Shown one piece after another: positions 39,411 to 49,184 of a stretch of 64,000 nucleotides of DNA. The DNA comes from Firmicutes bacterium CAG:646 (GTDB lineage Bacteria; Bacillota; Clostridia; Lachnospirales; Lachnospiraceae). Every line of letters starts with the position of its first letter. Position 1 is the first letter of the stretch. The DNA lies in assembly GCA_000432335.1 (NCBI GenBank), contig HF995366.1, forward strand, positions 10,792-74,791, written 5' to 3'. The position numbers were made by a program, and so were the translations under genes. The notes under the pieces are model-generated. The model ran no database searches. It saw only the letters and a list, made by a program, of their open reading frames with translations, and was not told where the DNA came from.

Positions 39411-39549
39411 GTAATCCTCCTGTTTCCCAATATTTTTTCTCTAAAATAATATTTACAAAACCAGTCTTTATCCCTTATAATCATACCATGATTATAGATT
39501 TTTCAGACTGAAAAAACAACAGTCTGCACAAATGAAAGGGGGATATTCT

Positions 39550-40212
39550 ATGAATTGTCCACATTGCCAAAATCCCGTAGATGACAATACTGTTTTTTGT
39601 CCTGTCTGCGGTCAGTCAGTACAGTCTGCTCCTACGCAGAACACTTACGAACAGCAGCAGTCCTAAACCGCTCCTGACGGCTCCTATCAGCAGAATGGAG
39701 CAAACTTTGGGGACATTCCTCAGGGAAATTATCAGTACCAGAATCCGCAAACGCCGTATCAGCCGCAGCAGTTTCCTATGAAATGGTTCAAATTTATCAT
39801 TTATTTCCAGTTATTTTTGACCATGGTTACTTGCGTGATCAATGCCATCACTTATTTTAGCGGGCTTCATTACGGCGGCACCATGGATGCCGCTATGGTA
39901 TACGCTTACTACGGCACTGGACTTAAAATCATAGATATCTTCTTTGCCCTTGTTTATATCGGCATCGGCGTATTGGCATTTTTTGTCCGTCAAAAACTGG
40001 CGCACTTTAAGAAAAAGGCTCCCACATGGTACATCGGTCTTCTGGTCTGCTCGCTGGCAGCCAATCTTGTTTATCTGATTCTTGTTTCGATTCTGACTGG
40101 TATCTTCCTTCTGGATGCCAGCACGATTGGAAGCATCATTGGAAATGTAATCATGATCGTAGTGAACTGGATTTATTTCCAGAAACGTACAAGTCTTTTC
40201 ATAAATGACTGA
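39550..40212 (+). pseudogene. Zinc-ribbon / Q-Y-P-rich linker / 4-TM protein gene interrupted by one in-frame TAA at 39664-39666
   Basis: MNCPHCQNPVDDNTVFCPVCGQS...QQQS-TAA-TAPDGSYQQNGANFGDIPQGNYQYQNPQTPYQPQQFP-MKWFKF... All in one frame, no other stop, and no RBS before the downstream ATG. Confidence 0.5.
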
Positions 40213-40252
40213 TTCCCAAAACAGAGCTGCCGCAAATGCGGCAGCTCTGTTT

Positions 40253-42400
40253 TTACTGAATCCCTCTCATGGACAGTCCAATTCTCTTTTTATTCAGATC
40301 TACGCTGATCACACGCACATCTACCACATCCCCCACGCTTACAACTTCCAACGGATGTTTGATGAATTTGTCACTGATCTGAGAAATATGTACCAGACCA
40401 TCCTGGTGCACTCCAATATCTACGAACGCTCCAAAGTCAATTACATTTCTTACAGTCCCCTTCAGAACCATACCTTCCTTCAAATCTTTCATATCCAAAA
40501 CATCAGACCGCAGAATCGGTTTTGGCATATCTTCTCTGGGATCTCTTCCCGGGCGCCCCAGTTCTTTCACAATATCGTGAAGAGTAATCTCGCCGATTCC
40601 CAGTTCCTTCGCCGTTTTTTCATAGTCTTTAATAAAGATCGCTTTGTGTCCGTTTTCAAAATAATCCTTCACTGTAAATCCCTGCTGGGCAAATAATTTT
40701 TCCACTGCATCGTAACTTTCCGGATGAACGCTGGTGGCATCCAGTGGATTTTTACCTCCCAGAATCCGCATAAAGCCCGCGCACTGCTCGAAGGCTTTCG
40801 GTCCCAGTTTCGCCACCTTCAAAAGCTCCCGACGATTGGAAAATCTTCCATTTTCTTCCCGGTAAGCCACGATATTTTTCGCAATAGCTTTGCTGATACC
40901 GGAAATATATTCCAACAGAGAAGCGGATGCAGTGTTCAGATCCACACCGACCTTATTTACGCTGTCCTCCACTACGCCGTTTAACGCCTCACCCAGTTTT
41001 TTCTGGTTCATATCATGCTGATACTGTCCTACACCGATCGCTTTCGGATCGATCTTTACCAGCTCCGCCAGTGGGTCCTGCAATCTTCTTGCAATAGAAG
41101 CCGCACTTCTTTGTCCCACATCAAAGTTTGGAAATTCCTCTGTTGCCAGTTTACTTGCGGAATATACGGAAGCGCCTGCCTCATTTGTGATCACATACTG
41201 TACTTTTTCTGGAATTTCTTTCAGAAGTTCCACGATAATCTGCTCAGATTCTCTGGAAGCTGTTCCATTTCCCACAGATATCAATTCAATATGATACTTT
41301 GTGATCAATTTTTTCAGTGTTTCCTTTGCCGCCTTGATCTTAGCCTCCGTAGTGGGCGCTGTAGGATAAATAACCGTAGTATCCAGCACCTTTCCTGTCT
41401 CGTCCACTACAGCCAGTTTGCATCCTGTACGAAAAGCAGGGTCCCAGCCCAATACTACTTTTCCTACGATAGGCGGCTGCATCAGAAGCTGTTCCAGATT
41501 CTTGCCAAATACTTTGATAGCCCCATCTTCCGCTTTTTCTGTAAGATCACTGCGTATTTCCCGCTCAATCGCCGGAGCGATCAGACGCTTGTAGCTGTCC
41601 TCCACTGCCGCTTCCAGAATTGGGCTGGTATTCGGATTTTCTTTTTTAATCACCTGACGCTTCAACCATTTTAAAATCTCCTCTTCTGGAGCGTTGATCT
41701 TCACCGTGAGGATTTTTTCTTTTTCTCCTCTATTTAACGCCAATACTCGGTGCCCTGCAATCTTCGATACCGGCTCTTCAAAATCATAGTACATCTCATA
41801 TACAGATTCTTCTCCCTCTTTCTTTGCTGAGGAAGCCAGTGTTCCGCTCTTCACCGTCATTTTACGGATATAGATTCTGTAATCTGCCTCATCTGAAATA
41901 GCTTCTGCCAGAATATCCTGCGCGCCTGCCAAAGCCTCTTTGACATCTGCCACACCCTTCTCTTCGGAAACAAATGGTTCTGCTTCGATTTCCAGCGGCT
42001 GCTCTGTCATCTGCAGCAAAATAATATTTGCCAATGGCTCCAATCCTTTTTCTTTTGCCACTGTCGCTCTGGTACGGCGTTTCGGACGATACGGGCGATA
42101 CAGATCCTCTACAACTACCAATGTCTGGGCAGCCAGAATCGCATTTTTCAATTCTTCTGTCAATTTTCCCTGCTCTTCGATACTGGAAAGCACCTGCGCT
42201 TTTTTATCTTCCAGATTTCTCAGATACAGAAGTCTTTCATGAAGATTTCTCAATACCTCATCATTCAAAGAACCGGTTGCTTCTTTTCTGTATCGGGAAA
42301 TAAAGGGAATCGTATTCCCTTCATCTATCAATTTAACAGCAGCTTCTACCTGCCACCGCTGTACTTGCAATTCATCAGTTAAAGCCTGAATAATATCCAT
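40253..42400 (-). CDS. tex: Tex-family transcription accessory protein (YqgF/HhH/S1 domains)
   Basis: 715 aa. C-terminal S1 domain GMVLKGTVRNVIDFGAFVDIGVHQDGLVHISQ. Tex-like N-terminus MDIIQALTDELQVQRWQVEAAVKLIDEGNTIPFISRYRKE. Confidence 0.9.
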   Translation of the reverse strand: MDIIQALTDELQVQRWQVEAAVKLIDEGNTIPFISRYRKEATGSLNDEVLRNLHERLLYLRNLEDKKAQVLSSIEEQGKLTEELKNAILAAQTLVVVEDLYRPYRPKRRTRATVAKEKGLEPLANIILLQMTEQPLEIEAEPFVSEEKGVADVKEALAGAQDILAEAISDEADYRIYIRKMTVKSGTLASSAKKEGEESVYEMYYDFEEPVSKIAGHRVLALNRGEKEKILTVKINAPEEEILKWLKRQVIKKENPNTSPILEAAVEDSYKRLIAPAIEREIRSDLTEKAEDGAIKVFGKNLEQLLMQPPIVGKVVLGWDPAFRTGCKLAVVDETGKVLDTTVIYPTAPTTEAKIKAAKETLKKLITKYHIELISVGNGTASRESEQIIVELLKEIPEKVQYVITNEAGASVYSASKLATEEFPNFDVGQRSAASIARRLQDPLAELVKIDPKAIGVGQYQHDMNQKKLGEALNGVVEDSVNKVGVDLNTASASLLEYISGISKAIAKNIVAYREENGRFSNRRELLKVAKLGPKAFEQCAGFMRILGGKNPLDATSVHPESYDAVEKLFAQQGFTVKDYFENGHKAIFIKDYEKTAKELGIGEITLHDIVKELGRPGRDPREDMPKPILRSDVLDMKDLKEGMVLKGTVRNVIDFGAFVDIGVHQDGLVHISQISDKFIKHPLEVVSVGDVVDVRVISVDLNKKRIGLSMRGIQ

Positions 42401-42500
42401 TTTATCTGTCTCCTTTCTTTTCCTGTACTACCTTACCAAAAACCTGCTTCTTTTGTCAATAAAAAGAGGCACAAGATCTCTCTTATCGTAACAGTTCATC

Positions 42501-42530
42501 TTGCCACATTTCCCCGGAATATGCTATACT
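42501..42530 (+). promoter_or_regulatory. Promoter for the DUF4190 gene with a long (about 230 nt) structured leader
   Basis: TTGCCA - 18 nt - TATACT. Confidence 0.5.
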
Positions 42531-42762
42531 ATGTCATAATTAAGTTGATACCTTTATGACCCGTCCCAATATGCGAATAAAAGTGGGGCGCATGCCCCAC
42601 GATATTCGAATTTGGGGCAGAATTGTGGAAGTGCGAAGCACGAAACAATTCGTCAGGCATCTTTTGATTTTAATATCATTAAAATGCAACGATCGAAAAG
42701 TCATAAACCACTTAGTGCCTGCACTTATGTGGTGTTATGTCTGGATCAGAATGGAGGAAATT

Positions 42763-43569
42763 ATGGATAATAACCAGAGACAGGACTGGTGGCCCAATAA
42801 CGACAAGGCTCCTGAAACAGATACATCCTCTGGCGCCGAAGTACACGATTCTGTACAGCCACATCCGGAACCAGACCCTGTTCCCCACCAGATTCCAGAA
42901 GAATCCGGCACTGAACCTGAAACTGTTCCTCAGGAAAATTCCTATAATACCTGGAACAATCCACAAGGACAAACCCAGGACAATCCTTATAATAACTGGA
43001 ACAACCAGCAGGGACAATATCAAAACAATCCTTACAATAACTGGAACAACCAGCAGGGGCAGTATCAAAACAATCCCTACAATAATTGGAATAACCAGCA
43101 GGGACAATATCAGAATACCCCTTATAATAATACGCCTAACCGTCCTCCCATGCGGTCAAACAATGGAATGGCAATCGCCTCCCTAGTCATGGGTGTTTTA
43201 TCCATTGCGCTGATCTGCTGTGGCTTCTCCTATTTCTTTGGAGCCCTTGGAATCCTTTTTGCCATACTTTCCAGAAAAAATGGACCTATGGATCCACAGG
43301 CAAAAGTCGGTCTGGGACTTTCCATCGGAGGTACCGTTGTCGGACTTCTCATGATTCTTTTCGTATTGTTTGGAAGTACGGAATATTCTGATTTTATGCA
43401 GGAATACGAACGTTTCTATAACGAATATGAAGACGATTATGATTCCTATGATGACCCGTATTACGATGATTATTACGGAGAAGACTTCTATTTCGACGGT
43501 CCTTTCCAGAATCTCCCTAATCAGGGTGACTGGAATATGGAAACACCGGACGAGGGAAGTTCCCTGTAA
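42763..43569 (+). CDS. DUF4190-like membrane protein with N-terminal N/Q/Y-rich tandem repeats and an acidic Y/D-rich tail
   Basis: MAIASLVMGVLSIAL...FGALGILFAILSRKNG core. Repeat NPYNNWNNQQGQYQN x3. Alternative start MEEIM at 42751. Confidence 0.65.
   Translation: MDNNQRQDWWPNNDKAPETDTSSGAEVHDSVQPHPEPDPVPHQIPEESGTEPETVPQENSYNTWNNPQGQTQDNPYNNWNNQQGQYQNNPYNNWNNQQGQYQNNPYNNWNNQQGQYQNTPYNNTPNRPPMRSNNGMAIASLVMGVLSIALICCGFSYFFGALGILFAILSRKNGPMDPQAKVGLGLSIGGTVVGLLMILFVLFGSTEYSDFMQEYERFYNEYEDDYDSYDDPYYDDYYGEDFYFDGPFQNLPNQGDWNMETPDEGSSL
42936..43130 (+). repeat. About 3.5 tandem copies of a 45-bp coding repeat
   Basis: caatccttataataactggaacaaccagcagggacaatatcaaaa at 42981, 43026 and 43071, with a few substitutions. 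Confidence 0.8.
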
Positions 43570-43574
43570 TTTTC

Positions 43575-44009
43575 TTACAACGTGGGAATATGAAACAGCA
43601 ACAGGATATTTCGCAAGATCCAGTTGACTGCCACAATGACCACTGCGCCGATCCCGTACCACCGATGAAATCGGCTTCCCACTGCCAATTTCCCTCTGGA
43701 AAGCCATTCGATGGTATTGGACAGCAAATACCATGCATACAGCATTACCGTATATAATACAATGGGATGATAATATAAGGACTGAAACCATTTTCCTCGA
43801 AGCAGCGCCAGTACGGCTCTTGTTCCTCCGCAGCCCGGACAGTAAAATCCTGTCAGTGTATGAAATACACAGGGAGGCATGCGGCGCAGGATAGCTTCCG
43901 GGAAAATTCCCATCTGTCGAAGCCTGATACCGAACACCAAAAATAGAAGTATGAGACACCAGCTGATCTGACACAGACGGTAAGCATTCTTCTTTCGGTC
44001 ATTCTTCAT
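43575..44009 (-). CDS. DUF2752 family membrane protein
   Basis: HTLTGFYCPGCGGTRAVLALLRG signature. Confidence 0.7.
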   Translation of the reverse strand: MKNDRKKNAYRLCQISWCLILLFLVFGIRLRQMGIFPEAILRRMPPCVFHTLTGFYCPGCGGTRAVLALLRGKWFQSLYYHPIVLYTVMLYAWYLLSNTIEWLSRGKLAVGSRFHRWYGIGAVVIVAVNWILRNILLLFHIPTL

Positions 44010-44048
44010 GATTGTGTTCTCCTTTCATCCCCATCTGGAGGTTAGTAT

Positions 44049-44789
44049 ATGAAACGTTCAAAAGAACTGAAAACAATGGCCAGAATGCAGCTGGCCGGAA
44101 AATACAGCACCTATATAGGCGCCTACGCTCTCTTTTTTATGATATCCGGGACTGTCGCATCCCTGTTGGGATTTTTCCTTATGAGCGGAAGTCTGTCCTC
44201 ATCAGACGGTTTACCCTTTACAAGCATTCCCCAACTGATTCTGTATTTTGTGATCGAATTGATTGTTTCCCTGATCTTATCTATATTCTCCCTGGGATTC
44301 AACAAAATGTTTCTGGATGGAAGCCGTGGCTATCGGGTACGGTTTGAGGATCTTTTCTACGGATTCCGTCATCATCCGGATCGAGTGATCCTCCTGCAGT
44401 TTTTGCTCCTGCTTATCTCTATGGCGTGTATGGCTCCGGGCTATATCCTGGTCCTGTGTGCGATGAACATGGAGCTCCCCACCCCTGTACTGATTCTCAG
44501 TATCATCCTTCTGATCGCCGGAATCATTCTGTTGGTTTACTTTGCTTTAATTTTCAGCCAGAGTACCTTCCTGATCGCAGACTATGATGACCTCAGCGCC
44601 ATACAGGCGCTCAAAGAAAGCCGTAAACTGATGCATGGAAAGAAAGGAACATACTTTTATCTTCAACTTTCTTTTCTGGGTATCCTGTTTCTCTGCATCT
44701 TTACTTGCTACATCGGTTTTCTGTGGGCGATTCCTTATATCATGATGACACAGACCAACTTCTACAGAAATATTATCAACGAGATTTAA
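44049..44789 (+). CDS. DUF975 family integral membrane protein
   Basis: About 246 aa, 5-6 TM helices. Start ...AGGTTAGTAT ATG; a long N-terminal TM. Confidence 0.55.
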   Translation: MKRSKELKTMARMQLAGKYSTYIGAYALFFMISGTVASLLGFFLMSGSLSSSDGLPFTSIPQLILYFVIELIVSLILSIFSLGFNKMFLDGSRGYRVRFEDLFYGFRHHPDRVILLQFLLLLISMACMAPGYILVLCAMNMELPTPVLILSIILLIAGIILLVYFALIFSQSTFLIADYDDLSAIQALKESRKLMHGKKGTYFYLQLSFLGILFLCIFTCYIGFLWAIPYIMMTQTNFYRNIINEI

Positions 44790-44791
44790 CC

Positions 44792-44838
44792 CAAAAGGGG
44801 CTTTCGGTTTTCCATTGGATCTCCGATCGCCCCTTTTT
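44792..44838. terminator. Bidirectional terminator between the DUF975 gene and lysC
   Basis: AAAAGGGGCTTTCGG...CCGATCGCCCCTTTTT. Confidence 0.65.
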
Positions 44839-44850
44839 CATTTTCTCGTT

Positions 44851-46062
44851 TTATTCTGACAATCCAAACGCCTCATGTACGGCATTCATGGCAGATACGG
44901 CATCCTGTGAATCTACCAGCACCGTAATACGGATTTCGGATGTTGCAATCATATTAATATTTACATTCTGGCTATACAGACATTCAAACATCTTAGCTGC
45001 CACGCCGGGATTGGACATCATACCTGCCCCTACGATGGACAATTTTGCCACATCGCAGTTATATTCCACTCTTTCAAATCCCAACACATCCTTATATTCT
45101 TCCAGAAGCTCAATCGCCTCCCGAAGATTTTCATGGGATACGGTAAAGGAAATATCCTTTGTCTCCTCACGACCTACGGACTGGATAATGATATCCACAT
45201 TAATATTTCTCTTTGCCAATGTATTGAATAATTTAAATGCGCTTCCCGGTACGTCCTGTATTCCGATCACGGAAATTCGATCCGCATTTCTGTCCAGCGC
45301 CACGCCGCTGATGAGCATTCTCTCCATCTTTTTCACGACCTCCTTAACTTCCGTTCCTTCTGATTCATTCAAACTGGACCGCACAATCAGGCGCACTCCA
45401 TATTTTTTTGCCATTTCTACGGAACGGTTGTGCAGTACGCCTGCTCCCAATGCTGCAAGATCCAGCATCTCGTCATAGGTAATGGCTTTCAGTTTTTTGG
45501 CTTTGGGAACCAGACGGGGATCTGCCGTATATACACCGTCCACGTCAGTATAAATCTCGCAGGCATCTGCGTGAAGCTCTGCTGCCAGAGCAACCGCCGT
45601 CGTATCAGATCCGCCCCTTCCCAGAGTGGTAAAATCATCGTACTTATTTACCCCCTGAAATCCGGTAACGATCACGATTTTCCGGTCATCCAGTTCTCTG
45701 CGAATCCGAGTTCCGTCAATTTTTTTCAGACGCGCATTTCCATAAGCGCTGGTGGTTGTCATAGGTACCTGAAAAGCGTTTAAGGATACTGCCCGAACAC
45801 CCATCTGTGCCATCGCCATGGACATCAGAGATACCGACATCTGTTCGCCTATGGTAAGCAGCATATCCATCTCTCTTTTCGGTGGGTTGGGATTGATCTC
45901 CTTCGCCTTTGCGATCAGCTCGTCCGTATATTTTCCCATGGCGGAAAGAACCACAACCACGTCATGCCCTTCGTTATAATCACGAATACAGCGCTCTGCC
46001 ACATGAAAAATCCGCTCTTTGTCTGCCACGGAAGTTCCGCCGAATTTTTTAACGATTAACAT
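44851..46062 (-). CDS. lysC: Aspartate kinase
   Basis: MLIVKKFGGTSVADKERI... and a C-terminal tandem ACT region. Confidence 0.9.
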   Translation of the reverse strand: MLIVKKFGGTSVADKERIFHVAERCIRDYNEGHDVVVVLSAMGKYTDELIAKAKEINPNPPKREMDMLLTIGEQMSVSLMSMAMAQMGVRAVSLNAFQVPMTTTSAYGNARLKKIDGTRIRRELDDRKIVIVTGFQGVNKYDDFTTLGRGGSDTTAVALAAELHADACEIYTDVDGVYTADPRLVPKAKKLKAITYDEMLDLAALGAGVLHNRSVEMAKKYGVRLIVRSSLNESEGTEVKEVVKKMERMLISGVALDRNADRISVIGIQDVPGSAFKLFNTLAKRNINVDIIIQSVGREETKDISFTVSHENLREAIELLEEYKDVLGFERVEYNCDVAKLSIVGAGMMSNPGVAAKMFECLYSQNVNINMIATSEIRITVLVDSQDAVSAMNAVHEAFGLSE

Positions 46063-46095
46063 TCGTTTCCTCCTCATTGTTCCCGCAGAGCCGTT

Positions 46096-47295
46096 TCACC
46101 GAAGGAAATATTCCATAAGCTCCCATCCGTTCTCAAAAAATACTCCGCTCTTTTTCGCCTCTGCTTCGTTGTAATTCCATGTGTGTTCTTCCTCCCCTGC
46201 ACTGTCATACAGAAGATAGGGAACGGGGTCTGCCGTATGCGTTCTCACTGAAACCGGTGTGGGATGATCCGGCAGGATCAGCATGCGATACGGCTCGCCA
46301 AAAGCATCCAGCCCTTCCTTTACCGGAAGGATCACTCTCTGATCCAGATACTGGATGGCTTCTGTCTTTCGTTCCACACTTCCCTGATGCCCCATCTCAT
46401 CGGGAGCCTCCACATGGATGTAAGCAAAATCATACCCCTTTTTCGTCAATGCGTCAACTGCTGCCCGGGCTTTTCCCTCATAATTTGTGTTTAAGCCTCC
46501 GTTTGCCCCCTCCACGTGGATATTTGTCATTTCTGCGCCGACAGCAATCCCTTTCAGAAGATCCACTGCCGAGATCATCACGCCTTTTTTTCCATATTTA
46601 CTATAAAAAGAATCCAGAGCCGGACGGGTACCCGCGCCCCAGAACCACAAACTGTTGGCAGGATGCAATCCCTTCGCTTTTCTCTCCTGATTTAAAGGAT
46701 GCGATGACAAGATCTCATAGCTTCGTCTCTGCATTTTTGCCAATACAGACTCCTTTGGCAGATGGGAACCGATTTTTTGTCCCAAAATATCATGCGGCGG
46801 TGTCAGCTCCACGATGTTTCCCTGTCTCCAAACCAGACAATGGCGATAACTGGTTCCCACATAAAACTGAAATCCTTCTTCTTCCAGTCTTTCTTTCACC
46901 GCCTGTAAAAGAACCGCTGCATCCTCCGTACTGATCTCATCGGCACTGTGATCCATCATTACTTTTTCTTCATAACACACTTCTTCCGATGACACTGTGA
47001 CCAGATTACAACGGATGGCAACATCGCCCTCATCCAATGTAATCCCAATACTTAAAGCCTCCAAAGGTGATCTTCCCGTATAATACTTTCGGGGATCGTA
47101 TCCCAGTACCGACAGATTTGCCGTATCACTGCCCGGCTGCATCCCTGTTGGAACTGTCTGTACCCTTCCTATCTGAGAAACCTTCGCCAGTTCATCCATA
47201 ACAGACGTCTTTGCATATGCCAGCGGCGTCTTCCCATCCAGCTGTTCCAATGGCAGATCCGCCATTCCATCGCCCAAAACCACCACATACTTCAT
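46096..47295 (-). CDS. Cofactor-independent phosphoglycerate mutase family protein (ApgM/COG3635); position suggests a non-orthologous homoserine kinase
   Basis: MKYVVVLGDGMADLPL...GSDTANLSVLGYDP... Sits between hom and lysC. Confidence 0.75.
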   Translation of the reverse strand: MKYVVVLGDGMADLPLEQLDGKTPLAYAKTSVMDELAKVSQIGRVQTVPTGMQPGSDTANLSVLGYDPRKYYTGRSPLEALSIGITLDEGDVAIRCNLVTVSSEEVCYEEKVMMDHSADEISTEDAAVLLQAVKERLEEEGFQFYVGTSYRHCLVWRQGNIVELTPPHDILGQKIGSHLPKESVLAKMQRRSYEILSSHPLNQERKAKGLHPANSLWFWGAGTRPALDSFYSKYGKKGVMISAVDLLKGIAVGAEMTNIHVEGANGGLNTNYEGKARAAVDALTKKGYDFAYIHVEAPDEMGHQGSVERKTEAIQYLDQRVILPVKEGLDAFGEPYRMLILPDHPTPVSVRTHTADPVPYLLYDSAGEEEHTWNYNEAEAKKSGVFFENGWELMEYFLR

Positions 47296-47324
47296 ATTCA
47301 TCTTTCTCCCATTTCACTGTTTCT

Positions 47325-48542
47325 TTAAAAGTGTACTCGGATCATCCCCAGAATATTATCAAACTGCTCTGCTTTTTCCAGATAAGCAGCCTCTGTCATT
47401 TCTTCCGTAATAAAGCCAAATTCTCCATTTACCTGCGCCAGAACTTTCGCATCCACATTTCCGAAAACTTCTTCGACTCTGGAGAGATTTTCCGTAAAGC
47501 TTCCCTTCATGCGCACAAAAAATCGGCTGGACAGATCACGAATGTCTCCAAGCTCTAATTTGCTGTTACTCCATCCCACCATTACATTCACATCCTGATG
47601 TTTGGCGGCATCGATCACATCTGCCACCACGGCGCTGGCAGTAGGAAGCTTGCCTGCTCCGCTTCCGTAAAACATAGCGTCTCCCAGCATATTTCCATGT
47701 ACCAAAATAGCGTTATATACATCATTTACACTATACAGTGGACTGCTGCTGTTGATCATAACCGGAGATACTCTCGCATAAAATTTTTCTCCCATCTTCT
47801 GGCTGACAGCTAAAAGTTTGATACTGGCATTCCAGTTTCTGGCATACTTGATATCCGCTGAAGTGATATGTGTAATCCCTTCTGTGGGAATATCCTGATA
47901 ATCCACATAATGTCCAAACGCAATGGAGGACAAAATCGCAATCTTGCGGCAGGCATCCCACCCTTCTATATCTGCTCCGGGATTTCGCTCTGCATAGCCT
48001 CTTTCCTGAGCTTCTTTCAGCGCTGCATCAAACTCCGAACCTTCCGCATCCATTCTGCTGAGGATATAATTCGTCGTTCCATTCAAAATGCCGGTAATTT
48101 CTTCTATCTCATCTGCCGTCAAAGAAGAATGCAGCGGGCGGATAATGGGAATCCCCCCTCCGCAGCTTGCTTCAAACAAAAAGTTGATATTTTTTTCCCG
48201 GGCAATTTCCAGCAGCTCTACGCCATGCTCTGCTACCAGCTCTTTGTTGGAAGTACACACAGATTTTCCCTGCAACAGCGCTTTTTTCACAAACGTATAC
48301 GCCGGCTCTGTTCCTCCCATCACTTCCACCACGATTCGAACCTCTGGATCTTGCAAGATCACCTCATAATCATGAACAATTTTTTCCTGTATCGGATCAC
48401 CGGGAAAATCTCTCAGATCCAACACATATTTAATCTGAATCTCATCCCCCGCTCTCTTACTGATCAGCTTGCGATTGGCATGAAGTACTTCCACCACACC
48501 GGAACCCACAGTTCCATATCCCAACACTGCTATCTGTATCAT
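47325..48542 (-). CDS. hom: Homoserine dehydrogenase
   Basis: MIQIAVLGYGTVGSGVVEVL and a C-terminal ACT domain. Confidence 0.9.
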   Translation of the reverse strand: MIQIAVLGYGTVGSGVVEVLHANRKLISKRAGDEIQIKYVLDLRDFPGDPIQEKIVHDYEVILQDPEVRIVVEVMGGTEPAYTFVKKALLQGKSVCTSNKELVAEHGVELLEIAREKNINFLFEASCGGGIPIIRPLHSSLTADEIEEITGILNGTTNYILSRMDAEGSEFDAALKEAQERGYAERNPGADIEGWDACRKIAILSSIAFGHYVDYQDIPTEGITHITSADIKYARNWNASIKLLAVSQKMGEKFYARVSPVMINSSSPLYSVNDVYNAILVHGNMLGDAMFYGSGAGKLPTASAVVADVIDAAKHQDVNVMVGWSNSKLELGDIRDLSSRFFVRMKGSFTENLSRVEEVFGNVDAKVLAQVNGEFGFITEEMTEAAYLEKAEQFDNILGMIRVHF

Positions 48543-48547
48543 AAATC

Positions 48548-48991
48548 TCACTCCCTGCCTAATATTTTCAAGTAATGAACGCCTGTCTGGTCTTCCATCT
48601 GGCGGATCATATCCTCGGCATCACCCGCCTCAGGTAAAATCTCCACACTCAATGTCAATGTGGCAACGCCATTAATAGGAATACTCTGATGAATCGTCAG
48701 GATATTCCCCCTGAATTGTGCAACCGTTCTTAAAATATCCGAAAGAATTCCCGGCTTATCATCCATCTGAAGAATAAAGGTAACTGTTCTTCCCTTCGCC
48801 TGATCGTGAAACGGAAAAATATCATCCTTATATTTATAGAAAGAACTCCTGCTGATTCCTACTCTCTCTGTGGCTTCCTGAACCGTAACTGCCTTTACAG
48901 AGTCCAGAATCTTCTTGGCTTCCACAACCTTCAAAAGAACTTCCGGTACTGCCTTTTCTTTTACAACGTAGTATTTTGTCTTATTTTCCAT
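48548..48991 (-). CDS. ACT domain-containing protein (small regulatory protein preceding hom)
   Basis: N-terminal HTH-like VQEATERVGISRSSFYKYK plus ACT GRTVTFILQMDDKPGILSDILRTVAQF. Confidence 0.7.
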   Translation of the reverse strand: MENKTKYYVVKEKAVPEVLLKVVEAKKILDSVKAVTVQEATERVGISRSSFYKYKDDIFPFHDQAKGRTVTFILQMDDKPGILSDILRTVAQFRGNILTIHQSIPINGVATLTLSVEILPEAGDAEDMIRQMEDQTGVHYLKILGRE

Positions 48992-49184
48992 ATTTCCCCC
49001 TGCCTCATTTTCTGCCGCCCCTGAATATGTACGTCACTGAAATACATTTGTAATCATGAAACAGATGTTATCATGTTTTCAATGGTTATGCAAGCTTTTT
49101 CTCCCTTAAGCTTTCCTTTTCAAAATAGAAATTTTATTATATACTGATCTTATATCTTCATTATTATATAAAGGACGGATTACT

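Noticed and set aside
42556-42762. N-terminal 69-residue extension of the DUF4190 ORF in the track
   Set aside because: It starts at a non-ATG codon far upstream and runs through a promoter and hairpin-rich leader. A proper RBS precedes the internal ATG.
43198-43974. 258-aa minus-strand ORF
   Set aside because: It overlaps both the DUF4190 gene (plus) and the DUF2752 gene (minus, other frame). No recognisable features. The DUF2752 frame has the conserved CPGCGGTR motif.
48992-49184. T-box leader upstream of the ACT-hom-apgM-lysC operon
   Set aside because: The intergenic region is only about 190 nt. No T-box sequence (AATTAGGGTGGNACCGCG-like) or specifier/antiterminator arrangement is seen.
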